DNA of 46,805 nt from Candidatus Levyibacteriota bacterium (GTDB taxonomy: Bacteria > Patescibacteriota > Microgenomatia > Levybacterales > UBA12049): positions 1 through 46,805 of the forward strand of contig JBEKQZ010000003.1 of NCBI GenBank assembly GCA_049519175.1, read 5' to 3'. The notes under the pieces are model-generated. The model did no database searches and was not told where the DNA came from. It saw only the letters and a list, made by a program, of their open reading frames with translations. Positions within the stretch are counted from its first letter, which is position 1, and every line of letters starts with the position of its first letter. The position numbers and the translations under genes were made by a program. This document shows positions 1 to 9,798 of this stretch, one piece after another.

Positions 1-108
1 CCTCTTTTGACAAAGAGGCCGCCTCAATTACCGGTACGGGTAATATATTGTAGTGACGCATAACGGCGTCAGTATATCGTCGGCTCAATCTCTATTCAAC
101 CGTCCCGT

Positions 109-435
109 ATGTATCCCAACCTAGACACCCCCGAGCAACAAGCAGAGGAACTAATGAAACGAGAAGGACTAGGAACAAGCACGGAGGAGGGTTTAGCTGG
201 GCTTTCGACTGAACAGAGAGAACAGATTCAGAAAGCATTCGAAGACATGTTTAAAGATGTAGATAAAGCTAGGAAACAAGACGAAGAAAGAAAAAGAGAA
301 ATGAAAAGGCTGCAAAGAGAGATGCAGAGATTAAGAGAACAAAATAAACGTCTTGCAGATCAAGTAAAAGAACTTAATGAGAAATTAGACGCAGCGGCTA
401 GTGAACACGCCCCAGAATACAAAAAGGCCGCTTAA
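109..435 (+). CDS. Hypothetical coiled-coil protein, possibly the 3' part of a longer gene
   Basis: E/K/R/Q-rich heptad pattern. The frame is also open from 1 to 60, with a single TAA at 61-63. Confidence 0.55.
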   Translation: MYPNLDTPEQQAEELMKREGLGTSTEEGLAGLSTEQREQIQKAFEDMFKDVDKARKQDEERKREMKRLQREMQRLREQNKRLADQVKELNEKLDAAASEHAPEYKKAA

Positions 436-492
436 TCTTAATTTAGCTCAATACTCCCCGCGGAGCTTATGGGATATTAGGGTTCCAGACCC

Positions 493-520
493 AGCTGTTC
501 CGCAACAGCTTTAAGTTTTT
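493..520 (+). terminator. Probable intrinsic terminator
   Basis: AGCTGTT-ccgc-AACAGCT hairpin followed by TTAAGTTTTT. Confidence 0.5.
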
Positions 521-588
521 CCTCAGTTTTTTATTAGATCATTACTTTTACTGCTGAAATTTTTTAAAACTTCTGCGATAATAGAAAA

Positions 589-1383
589 ATGGACGATATC
601 ATTAGTGCCCAAAATTTAACTAAAAACTTTGGCAATTTTACTGCCGTCAATGACGTTTCCTTCAACGTGCAAAAGGGGGAAATTTTTGCTTTCTTGGGGC
701 CAAATGGAGCCGGCAAAACCACCACCATTAAGATGCTAACAACGCTTTTAAAGCCTTCCAGCGGAATCATTAAATTGAACGGGATTGATGTAACTACTCA
801 TCCTGAAAAGGCCAGAAAAACTTTTGGCATTGTTTTTCAGGACCCGAGTTTGGATGACGAATTAACCGCCATGGAAAATATGGAATTTCACGCCGTGCTC
901 TACAAAGTTCCCCACAGGGAAATAAAGGAAAGAATTGAAAAATTTTTGAATTTAGTGGAACTTTGGGATAAAAAAAATGATTTGGTCAAAACTTTTTCCG
1001 GCGGCATGAAACGGCGTTTGGAAATTGCCCGCGGCCTTCTGCATAAGCCCGAAATCCTCTTTTTGGATGAACCAACCCAGGGACTTGACCCGCAAACCAG
1101 AAATAAAATTTGGGAATACCTTAAGAATTTAAACAAAGATACCCAGATTACGGTCTTTTTTACTACGCATTACATGGAAGAAGCAGAACAAATTGCCCAA
1201 AGAATTGCGATTATGGACCACGGAAAAATCATTGAAACCGGAACAGCTACGAAACTCATGGAACAAACCCAAACAAAATCTTTGGAAAAAGCCTTTCTCA
1301 AACTAACCGGGACAGCAATTCGAGACGAAGAAGCCAGTGGCGTCGATAAATTAAGGATACGGGCTAGAAGGTGGAATAGATAA
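589..1383 (+). CDS. ABC-2 (DrrA-like) exporter ATP-binding protein
   Basis: Walker A GPNGAGKT, signature FSGGM, Walker B LFLDEP, H-loop TTH. Confidence 0.95.
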   Translation: MDDIISAQNLTKNFGNFTAVNDVSFNVQKGEIFAFLGPNGAGKTTTIKMLTTLLKPSSGIIKLNGIDVTTHPEKARKTFGIVFQDPSLDDELTAMENMEFHAVLYKVPHREIKERIEKFLNLVELWDKKNDLVKTFSGGMKRRLEIARGLLHKPEILFLDEPTQGLDPQTRNKIWEYLKNLNKDTQITVFFTTHYMEEAEQIAQRIAIMDHGKIIETGTATKLMEQTQTKSLEKAFLKLTGTAIRDEEASGVDKLRIRARRWNR

Positions 1384-1384
1384 G

Positions 1385-2131
1385 ATGAGTGCAATTTATA
1401 TTCTTTGGAAAAGAGAATTAATCAGGTATTTCCGCTCGCGAGCCAGATTAGTCGGCTCATTAGGACAGCCATTGTTGTTTTTAGTGGCGTTGGGGTTTGG
1501 TTTGGGGCCGATTTTTCAAAAAGCCGGGCAGGGCAACTATTTTCAGTTTTTGGGACCGGGAGTAATCTGTATGGGCATTCTTTTCACCGGCGTGTTCGCC
1601 GGCATTCAGGTAATTTGGGACCGGCAATTTGGCTTTTTAAAAGAAACTTTGGTCGCACCAATCTCGCGCTTTGAGATTATGTTTGGTAAAACTTTAGGCG
1701 GAGCCACAGTTGCTTTTATTCAAGGCTGTTTCGTGCTAGTTTTAACCATGGTTGTCGGTTTCCGGGTACAAAATTTTTTAATGCTTCCCTTGGCTTTGGT
1801 CGCGATGTTTTTAATCGCGCTATTTTTTACCGCTTTGGGAATTTCGATTGCTTCTATTTTGGAAGATATGCAGGGATTCCAGTTGATTTTGAATTTTATT
1901 GTTCAACCGGTCTTTTTCCTCTCCGGTGCGCTTTTCCCTTTAACCGGCGTGGTCAGTTTCCTTTCAGTCATTGCTTATTTCAACCCTCTTGCTTATGGCG
2001 TTGATGCAGTGCGGGGAAGCTTAACCGGAGTTACCCACTTTGGACTGGCGACAGACTTTACCGTATTAATTGTAATTTGTTTAATCGTTTTAGCACTTGG
2101 CAGTTATCTTTTTTCAAAAGTGGAGGCTTAA
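1385..2131 (+). CDS. ABC-2 type permease
   Basis: About six TM segments, DRQFGFLKETLVAP and FFLSGALFP/NPLAY motifs, adjacent to the ATPase. Confidence 0.93.
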   Translation: MSAIYILWKRELIRYFRSRARLVGSLGQPLLFLVALGFGLGPIFQKAGQGNYFQFLGPGVICMGILFTGVFAGIQVIWDRQFGFLKETLVAPISRFEIMFGKTLGGATVAFIQGCFVLVLTMVVGFRVQNFLMLPLALVAMFLIALFFTALGISIASILEDMQGFQLILNFIVQPVFFLSGALFPLTGVVSFLSVIAYFNPLAYGVDAVRGSLTGVTHFGLATDFTVLIVICLIVLALGSYLFSKVEA

Positions 2132-2132
2132 A

Positions 2133-2576
2133 ATGCAGATGCAATTTTCCGCCGGCGGCGTGGTTTTTAAAAAATCATCAATCATCAATCATCAATCAGA
2201 AATCCTAGTTTTGGTTTGCCAACACTCTCAACATCACGGTTGGGTTTTCCCCAAAGGCTTAATCGGCGACCACGTTGAGGGTGAGCAAAAAGAAGACACC
2301 GCTCTACGTGAAGTTGAAGAAGAAACCGGAGCTAAGGGCAAAATTATCCAATTATTAAATCCGGTTGACTATTGGTATTTTTTTGAGGGCGAAAAAATTC
2401 ATAAAACCGTCTATTATTTTTTAATGGAATACGTTTCGGGAGATATTACCAAGCACGACACGGAAATGGAAAACGTTGCGTGGCTGCCGGAAGCGGAAGT
2501 AGAAAAAAGACTGACTTATCCAACTGATAAACAGGTCTGGCAAGAAGCAAAACAACTTCTGATTACTGACCTCTAA
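2133..2576 (+). CDS. NUDIX hydrolase (Ap4A-hydrolase-like)
   Basis: SAGGVV, WVFPKG, ALREVEEETG Nudix box. ATG at 2133 lies just after the permease stop. Confidence 0.9.
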   Translation: MQMQFSAGGVVFKKSSIINHQSEILVLVCQHSQHHGWVFPKGLIGDHVEGEQKEDTALREVEEETGAKGKIIQLLNPVDYWYFFEGEKIHKTVYYFLMEYVSGDITKHDTEMENVAWLPEAEVEKRLTYPTDKQVWQEAKQLLITDL

Positions 2577-2618
2577 CTTCTGGCATTCAGCTCCAAGTTG
2601 AATTATAATAACAAACGA

Positions 2619-2705
2619 GGAGGGGTCGCATAGTGGCCTAGTGCGTTCGCTTGGAAAGCGGATGTTGTCGTAAGATAACCGCGGGTTCAAATCCCGCCCC
2701 CTCCG
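2619..2705 (+). tRNA. tRNA-Ser(GGA), CCA not encoded
   Basis: Acceptor stem GGAGGGG/CCCCTCC, discriminator G, anticodon loop TTGGAAA, long variable arm, T-arm GCGGG-TTCAAAT-CCCGC. Confidence 0.95.
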
Positions 2706-2745
2706 CTTGACATCGTTTGCAAAATAATTCAAACTAATAATTAGC

Positions 2746-4407
2746 ATGCGATTTTCTGCTCTTACCCCGCGAAGCTTTAGCAGAGTGGGGCTATTTTTCA
2801 AAACAACGTTATTATTGTCAATAATCTTATTCGGATTTCTGATATTTAGAACACCGGTTTTTGCCCAAACTATTACCCCCCAAGTTGAAACACAAACCCA
2901 GTCGTATTTAGCGCCCAACACCAATCCCGACGTGCCCAATAATTTGCATACTTTTTCGCAAAGCTTAATGTTAGAAATTATGTCTTCTCTTGCCTGCAAT
3001 CTTTCCGGCAAAGATCCGTTAAGTAAAAACGGCCAGTGTTTGGGCTATGATCAAACAACCGGCAAAATCGGTTATGTTGCCAATAATGGCGGGGCGGTGG
3101 GAGCAATGGGTAGCATGATTGCTGTTTTATATACACCACCTCTGCATACCTCTGATTTTATTGCCTACTTGGGACAAAATTTTGGCCTGGCCAAACCCAG
3201 CTACGCTCAGGTCACCGGCATTGGCTTTGAAGGATTGACGCCTTTACTAAACGCCTGGGTGGTTTTTCGAAACGTTGTTTATCTTTTATTTGTTTTTATT
3301 TTTATCCTGATTGGCTTAGCCATTATGATGCGGGTGCGGATTGACCCGCGGACAGTGATGACGATTCAAAACCAAATTCCCAAAATTATTATTTCGCTTA
3401 TTTTGGTTACTTTCTCGTTTGCCATCGCCGGCTTTTTGATTGATTTGATGTGGGTCAGTATTTACGTCGTGATTAATTTAATGGCTCAAGCCGATCCACA
3501 TATCGTTACCGCTACTGTCAATGCCGGCGTTTACCATCCCGCTCCGCAATTCGCCAATGATTTGCTCCAAGGCGCTGCACCAAGCTTAGGTGGAATTCAT
3601 AGTATTGCCGTTAACGGCGCATCGGCAATCGCCGAAATCATCAGAGACTTTATTAGTCCGGACCACATTCCTCCTCCTGTTTCGACAACCGCGCAAAGTG
3701 GAGGAGGATGTTCATTCGGACCATTCTGCATAATAACCAACGTGATTCCAAATGTAGACATAGGAGGTTTAATAGGCAGTGTTGTTAGCTCAATCATTTC
3801 CTGGGTGGTTGGCATCCTGGCATATATAATTTTAATCATCGCGCTACTCTGGGCGCTACTGCGACTCTGGTTTGCACTGCTTAAAGCCTACATTATGATT
3901 TTGATTGACGTTATTTTTGCACCATTCTGGATTATTTCCGGTCTTATCCCCGGAACCCAAAGCGCCGGTTTTAGCGCCTGGATTAGGGATATGGCGGGGA
4001 ATCTAGCCGCTTTTCCGGCAGCGATTATGATGCTTTTACTGGCTAAGCTTTTTTCTGACAATTTTAACCTTATCGCAGGGACTGGGACATCAACGAACGG
4101 AGTTATGAGTAGTACAGCTTTTATCCCCCCACTTTTAGGTTCCAATGCCACTAATTATATTGCCAGTTTAATTGCCATTGGTGTTGTTTTGGCAACACCG
4201 GGAATTGTGGATATAACCAAAAAAGCTTTTAAGGCACCCAAGATTGACCTTGGCCCAATCGGTCAATCGATCGGTGTGGGCGTCGGCGCCCCACAGAGAT
4301 TAATTGGCGGTGGCATCGGAGCAGCTACTGATCCGTTCTTGAAAGATCAAAATAACAAGGGCTCTTTTGGTAGAACTATTGGTGCACTTGTCAGAAACTT
4401 TAAATAA
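2746..4407 (+). CDS. Polytopic membrane protein, VirB6/TrbL-like
   Basis: Signal peptide; WVVFRNVVYLLF...IPKIIISLILVTFSFAIAGFLIDL; later LLKAYIMILIDVIFAPF helix pattern; Gly-rich tail; T4SS-like genes nearby. Confidence 0.65.
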   Translation: MRFSALTPRSFSRVGLFFKTTLLLSIILFGFLIFRTPVFAQTITPQVETQTQSYLAPNTNPDVPNNLHTFSQSLMLEIMSSLACNLSGKDPLSKNGQCLGYDQTTGKIGYVANNGGAVGAMGSMIAVLYTPPLHTSDFIAYLGQNFGLAKPSYAQVTGIGFEGLTPLLNAWVVFRNVVYLLFVFIFILIGLAIMMRVRIDPRTVMTIQNQIPKIIISLILVTFSFAIAGFLIDLMWVSIYVVINLMAQADPHIVTATVNAGVYHPAPQFANDLLQGAAPSLGGIHSIAVNGASAIAEIIRDFISPDHIPPPVSTTAQSGGGCSFGPFCIITNVIPNVDIGGLIGSVVSSIISWVVGILAYIILIIALLWALLRLWFALLKAYIMILIDVIFAPFWIISGLIPGTQSAGFSAWIRDMAGNLAAFPAAIMMLLLAKLFSDNFNLIAGTGTSTNGVMSSTAFIPPLLGSNATNYIASLIAIGVVLATPGIVDITKKAFKAPKIDLGPIGQSIGVGVGAPQRLIGGGIGAATDPFLKDQNNKGSFGRTIGALVRNFK

Positions 4408-4420
4408 TTAATAAGTCTCC

Positions 4421-7108
4421 CTATTTCTTCCCTGTCAAGCCCTTGATATCTATGATAAAGTAACCTTCTGCTAATGCTGCGAGAATCAGGAAAAATGTTA
4501 AGCTGAGGCCTCTTAATTTCACCATATCCGAACCCCTTACCTTCAAGAGCTTCTCTAGTTCGTGGTAATACTTTTCCGCATTTTCGTTGGCCAGGACTTT
4601 TGCTTCCGGCGTTTCCGCTTTTTCAACCGCTGCTTGAAGAGTGGAACGGATTTCATCCAACTGGTGCCTCACTTGGTCACGACTCATTGGCTTAGCTTGC
4701 GGACCGTAAACTTTTTCTATCTCCGACATCGCTAACCTAAAGGGTAATTTACCGATTCCTAAAGCGTCCCAGAAAAAGTCTTGCTCGGATATTTCCAAGA
4801 ATGTTCCAACCGTATACCTGACGCATTCTGCCCTTGCCCTTTGCCCGTTATAGGCGCTAACCGCTTCCGCAAAACCCATTGCATTTTTTAATCTTTCCTC
4901 TGTATTTTCCGTACCGATAAACTTCACCAATTCCGAAGCGGCGGTGGCCATGTTTAGTAAATCGCCAAAGTTTCTTACCAAAGGATCCTGCGAAGGCTCC
5001 GATTGCCAAGTGCTGGAGAGCGGCGTTACACCGTTAACCGGTTTGTCGATAACGTTTAACAGCACATCATCAACCAACAACTCCCTGGTGTAGATATCTT
5101 CGAATTTATCGCCGAGTAAAGTGTTAATTGTATCGTCTTGGCCCGCCACCCGGCTTAACTCGGCATACATCGACCTCAACTGTTCTGCCGCTTGATTATT
5201 GCCAACATATTTGTTGATTTCTGCTTTTTCGTCCGGGGTAAAGCCTTCTTCGCCAATTCTTAAAGCATGAAAGTTCTCGTAATTTTTTTGCCTAATTAAT
5301 TGCGTAATTGCCCCGAATTCGGCTTTAAACTTATCGTAAACTTCAAATTCGTCCGTTGCCCCTACAGCCCTGTATTTATTAAAAGCCGGACCTTTCAAAA
5401 ACTCCTTTAACTTACCCCTTAAGGCTGGACTTTCCACTGCCCTTTCCCTAAACAGCCTTAACATCTCTTCCGGCCTAATCTCTGCAATTTTCCCCCAAGC
5501 ATCTTTGAGCTTAGTATTGTTTTCTTGCTTTTTCCGTATTTGCTCTGTCGTATCACCTTTTTCTCCACGTTGAAATCGTCCTACTTTTTTAAGCCTTAAG
5601 AAAAGAGCAAAATCCTTATCGCCACTGATTTCTCTTAACTTCCCTCCTCCCTCTACGTATCTTTCCGGATACTTGCTGGCATCCGCCCGGGCATGTGCTA
5701 AATAATCTTGGATTTTGTCCTGGAACTGTTCAATTCTCCAATCGGAGCTAAAAAAGTCCGGTGCGCCAAAAAAGACCCTAAACATCCTTGTGCCATAATC
5801 CAGTAATTCTTCTTCGCTCATCCCCTTACTAGCATCGCTCAGTTTTGATCTGGCTATTTCCAGTTTTAGATGGTCCAAAAAATCATTTGCCGACTTATTA
5901 AACATGCCAAACTTTTTCGTCAATAAGTCTTCCAAGTTAAACATGTTAAAGAAAACGGCCGGATCGGACCGATAAGCCTCTAGTCCCTCCAAACTATGCC
6001 CTCTGGAAACAATAATGGCTTGCCTTTGCGAAACCACGAATACGTCGTACGCTGTCCTGACCGCACGTCTGATCTGCTTTACAATCTCTCCCTTGGCGTA
6101 TTTTGCCGCTTCTTCGGACATCCGTTCGCTTTCGGGCTTCTGCAAAGATGTAGCGTCAGCAACCAATTTATTGAACTCTTCAACATAAGGTCCGGCTCCG
6201 CTTTCAAAAATCCGCGTTTGCTCGTCGATTAAAGCATCCTGCAGGTTATGCATCATTTCCGGAGTAACATGCAGTTTTTGCGCCTGGTCCATCAACTTTT
6301 CCTTTTCCGCCTTATCTGTTTCGTTCTTCCATTTATCCATTAATAACGTTTGCGCCAACCTTTGGTCTTCCAACAATTCTCCCAAACGGTTAAACATTAC
6401 GTTCACCTTGCCGTCTTCCATCGTCAAAGCAGTTAATAACCCATGTGATTGGAGCCTTTCCATTGCCGGCTTAATGTTGTCTGTATTTTTGTGTTCAATC
6501 AGCGACCGGGCGAAAATTAAAGACAAGCGGGTATTAAATACCTCCGTAAACTGCTGCACCTGCTCGGTCGTAAAACCATAATGGCTTGCATAAGTACTAA
6601 TATGATTTGCCGCTACGGTAATCATCGTTTGCATTTGATTTAATAAGGGGGAATCCAACTCGCGGCCTTGCTGAACAATTTCATAAATCATGTCAAATTT
6701 GGAGTCAAGCCAACTGATGGGATCTTTACTTAGCATTTCCAAATCTGCTTGTTCTAGATATAATCTGGCCGAGCTGCCTATTTCGACCCCTTCTCGTGCC
6801 CCACGGTTACTGTGGGCACGCAATCCCTGACCCGTAGATTCTGCCTTTAGTTGATCGAATAGCCCTAGGACGTCAGCGGATGCTCCTCCTTGAATAAGAC
6901 GTTCTCTTTCTTGATCCCAGTTTCTTCCCCCTGGTGTTGCTGGCTGCGTTGGTTGCTGTGGTTCGGGTGGTATTGGCGCACCATGTTGTTCCGGGCCGCC
7001 GTTTCCATTTCCTTCTGCCATAAAAACATCTCCTTCTCTTTCCAGCTTAGGAGAATTAGCCTGGTTTGTCAATCTGTCTGCTCCCTGATTTGGTCCTTGT
7101 TCTTTCAT
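4421..7108 (-). CDS. Large alpha-helical hypothetical protein with a C-terminal TM anchor
   Basis: 895-aa ORF, P/Q-rich N-terminus, hydrophobic LSLTFFLILAALAEGYFII near the C-terminus. Confidence 0.85.
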   Translation of the reverse strand: MKEQGPNQGADRLTNQANSPKLEREGDVFMAEGNGNGGPEQHGAPIPPEPQQPTQPATPGGRNWDQERERLIQGGASADVLGLFDQLKAESTGQGLRAHSNRGAREGVEIGSSARLYLEQADLEMLSKDPISWLDSKFDMIYEIVQQGRELDSPLLNQMQTMITVAANHISTYASHYGFTTEQVQQFTEVFNTRLSLIFARSLIEHKNTDNIKPAMERLQSHGLLTALTMEDGKVNVMFNRLGELLEDQRLAQTLLMDKWKNETDKAEKEKLMDQAQKLHVTPEMMHNLQDALIDEQTRIFESGAGPYVEEFNKLVADATSLQKPESERMSEEAAKYAKGEIVKQIRRAVRTAYDVFVVSQRQAIIVSRGHSLEGLEAYRSDPAVFFNMFNLEDLLTKKFGMFNKSANDFLDHLKLEIARSKLSDASKGMSEEELLDYGTRMFRVFFGAPDFFSSDWRIEQFQDKIQDYLAHARADASKYPERYVEGGGKLREISGDKDFALFLRLKKVGRFQRGEKGDTTEQIRKKQENNTKLKDAWGKIAEIRPEEMLRLFRERAVESPALRGKLKEFLKGPAFNKYRAVGATDEFEVYDKFKAEFGAITQLIRQKNYENFHALRIGEEGFTPDEKAEINKYVGNNQAAEQLRSMYAELSRVAGQDDTINTLLGDKFEDIYTRELLVDDVLLNVIDKPVNGVTPLSSTWQSEPSQDPLVRNFGDLLNMATAASELVKFIGTENTEERLKNAMGFAEAVSAYNGQRARAECVRYTVGTFLEISEQDFFWDALGIGKLPFRLAMSEIEKVYGPQAKPMSRDQVRHQLDEIRSTLQAAVEKAETPEAKVLANENAEKYYHELEKLLKVRGSDMVKLRGLSLTFFLILAALAEGYFIIDIKGLTGKK

Positions 7109-7177
7109 ACCATCAGTTTATTCTTAGCGAGCCTAAACTGCTTGATATAAACTTTATAAAAAGCTTACAATTAGGTT

Positions 7178-8497
7178 ATGGAATTAGAACATTTTGAATC
7201 GCTTTATCCCGATACCACCCGCTTTGCGGAGATCGAAAAAATTTTGACTTTTATTAAAGAAGGTAATTCCTGCCAAGTCGTTTCCGTTCCCGGCGCCGGC
7301 CGCTCCAATTTGCTCGGTTTTTTGGCTTATAACCGCAATTTACGGATTAAGCATCTTGGCGAGAATCAAGCTAAATTCCATTTTGTTTATCTAAATTTTT
7401 CGGAAATCAGAAAAAAACCCTTAATCGAGGCGGTAAAATTTATATTTTTGGGGTTAGTTGACTCACTGCGCGACCGGCAAATGGATCAAGATTATACAGT
7501 GACAAATCAGATTTTTAAGGACAGCTTGGAATTAAAAGACGAAATGGTGCTGTTTCAGGGTCTAAAAAAAGCGGTTGATTATTTAGCGCTGGAGAAAAAT
7601 TTGACGATTGTTTTTTTGTTTGACCGTTTTGAAGATTACATTTCGGTAGTTGGCAGCGAATTTTTTGCCAATCTTCGGGTTTTACGCAACCGTGCCAAGT
7701 ATCAGTTTTCGGTGGTATTTTCTTTAAACCGTCCGCTCGAAGACGCGCTTGAAGCAACGCTGATGTCGGATTTTTACGAATTTATTGCCGGAAAAGTCGT
7801 TTATTTGCCGATTTACGACCAGCCCGGAGTTGATTTCCGGATTTCATACTTGGAAAAAATTACCGGCCAGAAAATTGACCAGAAACTTTTACGCGAAGTG
7901 TTGGAATTAACCGGCGGGCATAGCAATTTAATGCGTCTCTGCGTCGAATCACTTTTGTCCACCGAGCAAAAATTTGCTAATAAATTAGTGCTACGAAAGT
8001 TCTTACTGGAACAGAAACCGGTTAGAAGCGCCTTATTTGGAATTTGGAATTCACTGATGCCATCCGAGCAAAATTTCCTGTCCGGCGCTGGGAAAAGCGA
8101 AGAGGAATACTTGGAAAATGTCGGGTTAATCAAAAACGGGTTTTTAACTATTTCTCTTCTCTATGATTATCTCAAGGAAAAATCCACTACCCAAAAACAA
8201 GCCGGTTTTACACTTAATGATAGTGGAGAAATTTTGCAGGGAGACGTTGTCTTGTCGGATAAATTAACCTCGCTGGAATACAAATTGTTGAAATTTTTGC
8301 TTGATAACCAAGGGAAAATTATCAACAAAGAGGACGTCATTAGCGCCGTCTGGCAAGAGGGGAAAACCACTTTGGGAGTCACCGACCAAGCGCTGGACCA
8401 ATTAATTTTTAGATTGAGAAAAAAAATCGAGGAAAACCCCAATGCTCCAACGCATATTCAAACCGTAAAGGGCCGCGGGTTCAAGTTTTCGAATTAG
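7178..8497 (+). CDS. STAND/AAA-like P-loop domain fused to an OmpR/PhoB-type winged-helix DNA-binding domain
   Basis: VPGAGRS P-loop, FLFDRFE Walker-B-like, LTGGH motif; C-terminal LTSLEYKLLKFL...RLRKKIE...IQTVKGRGFKF. Confidence 0.8.
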   Translation: MELEHFESLYPDTTRFAEIEKILTFIKEGNSCQVVSVPGAGRSNLLGFLAYNRNLRIKHLGENQAKFHFVYLNFSEIRKKPLIEAVKFIFLGLVDSLRDRQMDQDYTVTNQIFKDSLELKDEMVLFQGLKKAVDYLALEKNLTIVFLFDRFEDYISVVGSEFFANLRVLRNRAKYQFSVVFSLNRPLEDALEATLMSDFYEFIAGKVVYLPIYDQPGVDFRISYLEKITGQKIDQKLLREVLELTGGHSNLMRLCVESLLSTEQKFANKLVLRKFLLEQKPVRSALFGIWNSLMPSEQNFLSGAGKSEEEYLENVGLIKNGFLTISLLYDYLKEKSTTQKQAGFTLNDSGEILQGDVVLSDKLTSLEYKLLKFLLDNQGKIINKEDVISAVWQEGKTTLGVTDQALDQLIFRLRKKIEENPNAPTHIQTVKGRGFKFSN

Positions 8498-8536
8498 AAC
8501 TTGCAATCAACCCAGGTTTTGCTCTACGATAAAATT

Positions 8537-9394
8537 GTGAGAAAGATTTTCTATTTATTATTTCCGATTATTTTCTGTTTAATATCTTTTTCTTTCTTTT
8601 CCCAAAAAATTTTTGCAGAAAGTTGTAGCAGCCTTGGCGGAAGCTGTGGGTCACCGACTAGTTCTAGTTGCGAAGCGGGAACAATAGCGATTTCCGGAGC
8701 TACTGATTGCCTTGGAGGAGTTTGCTGCGGAACAGCAAGCAGCAATTCATCTTCAAATGCCGTTCCAATCGGACAATATGGTTGCTCTTTTAACACCAGC
8801 ACCAATGCTCCCATTATTAACTGTGCCACCGGAGGAAAATGTATCAGCGAACCACCTTACTCGACTTTCAATTCTAGTACTAACACGACCGAAAATGGTT
8901 ATTGTCGGGACATGCAAAATAAATGTTACATCTGTGATACAGGCGCGGGGTATGAATATGATTACTACACTGGCAACTGTGATAGTCCAACCAGCGGACA
9001 AAGCCCACAAGATGCCACCGAAACCACTTGCCAAGCTGGACAAAGTTGCTCTTACGGTTATGGCTGCGGAGCAGGACAACCGCCGGCGCCACAACCGTTA
9101 TCAATCTGTCAAAGTGGCTATTGTAAAACTGCCATCGGCAACCTTCCCACCACTATTTCCGGACTTTTGACCACGGTTTTTAGTATCGCCTTATCCATCG
9201 CCGGTGTAGTCGCTTTGGGCTTAATTATTTTTTCGGGTTACCGGCTGATGATCTCGCAGGGCAATCCCGAACAAGTTAAAAATGCCCGCGAGCAGTTAAC
9301 TGCCGCCATCATCGGACTCCTGTTTATTATTTTCTCGCTGGTAATTCTGCAGATAATCGGCTTTAACATCTTAAAAATTCCGGGCTTTGGCTAA
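8537..9394 (+). CDS. Cys-rich secreted domain fused to a VirB2/TrbC-like pilin domain
   Basis: Probable GTG start at 8537 (MRKIFYLLF signal peptide), many cysteines, C-terminal GYRLMISQGNPEQVKNAREQLTAAIIGL. Confidence 0.8.
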   Translation: MRKIFYLLFPIIFCLISFSFFSQKIFAESCSSLGGSCGSPTSSSCEAGTIAISGATDCLGGVCCGTASSNSSSNAVPIGQYGCSFNTSTNAPIINCATGGKCISEPPYSTFNSSTNTTENGYCRDMQNKCYICDTGAGYEYDYYTGNCDSPTSGQSPQDATETTCQAGQSCSYGYGCGAGQPPAPQPLSICQSGYCKTAIGNLPTTISGLLTTVFSIALSIAGVVALGLIIFSGYRLMISQGNPEQVKNAREQLTAAIIGLLFIIFSLVILQIIGFNILKIPGFG

Positions 9395-9746
9395 ATTGAT
9401 TATGCAATATCTTGCGCTACAAATTCCAGGGAATGATGGGAGCATCAAAATCACCCCGCCCGTAGGGATCCAACCAGGCGGCCCGGGCGAACTAGCTAGT
9501 ATTATAAATGTCGGTATTGATTTGGCAGTAGTGGCGGCGATTTTCGTTTGTCTTTTTATGCTTATCTTAAGTGGATTTGAGTGGATTTTTTCCCAAGGGG
9601 ACAAGCAAAAAATTGCCCAAGTCAGACAAAGGCTGGCTATGTCAATCCTTGGTTTAATCTTGATTTTTCTGTCTTTTCTAATCATCAATGTTATTTACGC
9701 TTTTTTCTTCGGCAGTAAAGTAATTAATTTTTTGGGAAGCCAATAA
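9387..9746 (+). CDS. VirB2/TrbC-like pilin
   Basis: TM-GFEWIFSQGDKQKIAQVRQRL-TM motif. The start may be the ATG five codons in. Confidence 0.8.
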   Translation: MAKLIMQYLALQIPGNDGSIKITPPVGIQPGGPGELASIINVGIDLAVVAAIFVCLFMLILSGFEWIFSQGDKQKIAQVRQRLAMSILGLILIFLSFLIINVIYAFFFGSKVINFLGSQ

Positions 9747-9761
9747 GTTTTTAAAAGGGAC

Positions 9762-9790
9762 TTGACAATTGTTGGAAAACGCTTTAGCAT
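9762..9790 (+). promoter_or_regulatory. Sigma70 promoter, leaderless geometry
   Basis: TTGACA-17 nt-TAGCAT, 8 nt upstream of ATG 9799. Confidence 0.65.
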
Positions 9791-9798
9791 AAAGTTAG

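Noticed and set aside
1-100. 3' half of a group I intron
   Set aside because: Only a weak resemblance to the P8/P7 region, with no pairing partner visible in the window.
388-520. tmRNA (the ORF ends ..EYKKAA*, like a tag peptide)
   Set aside because: No tRNA-like T-arm or CCA end follows; it is simply the end of a long coiled-coil frame.
2421-3011. 196-aa minus-strand ORF
   Set aside because: It runs antisense across the NUDIX gene, the tRNA and the VirB6-like gene. The other short ORFs nested in long genes were rejected as shadows for the same reason.
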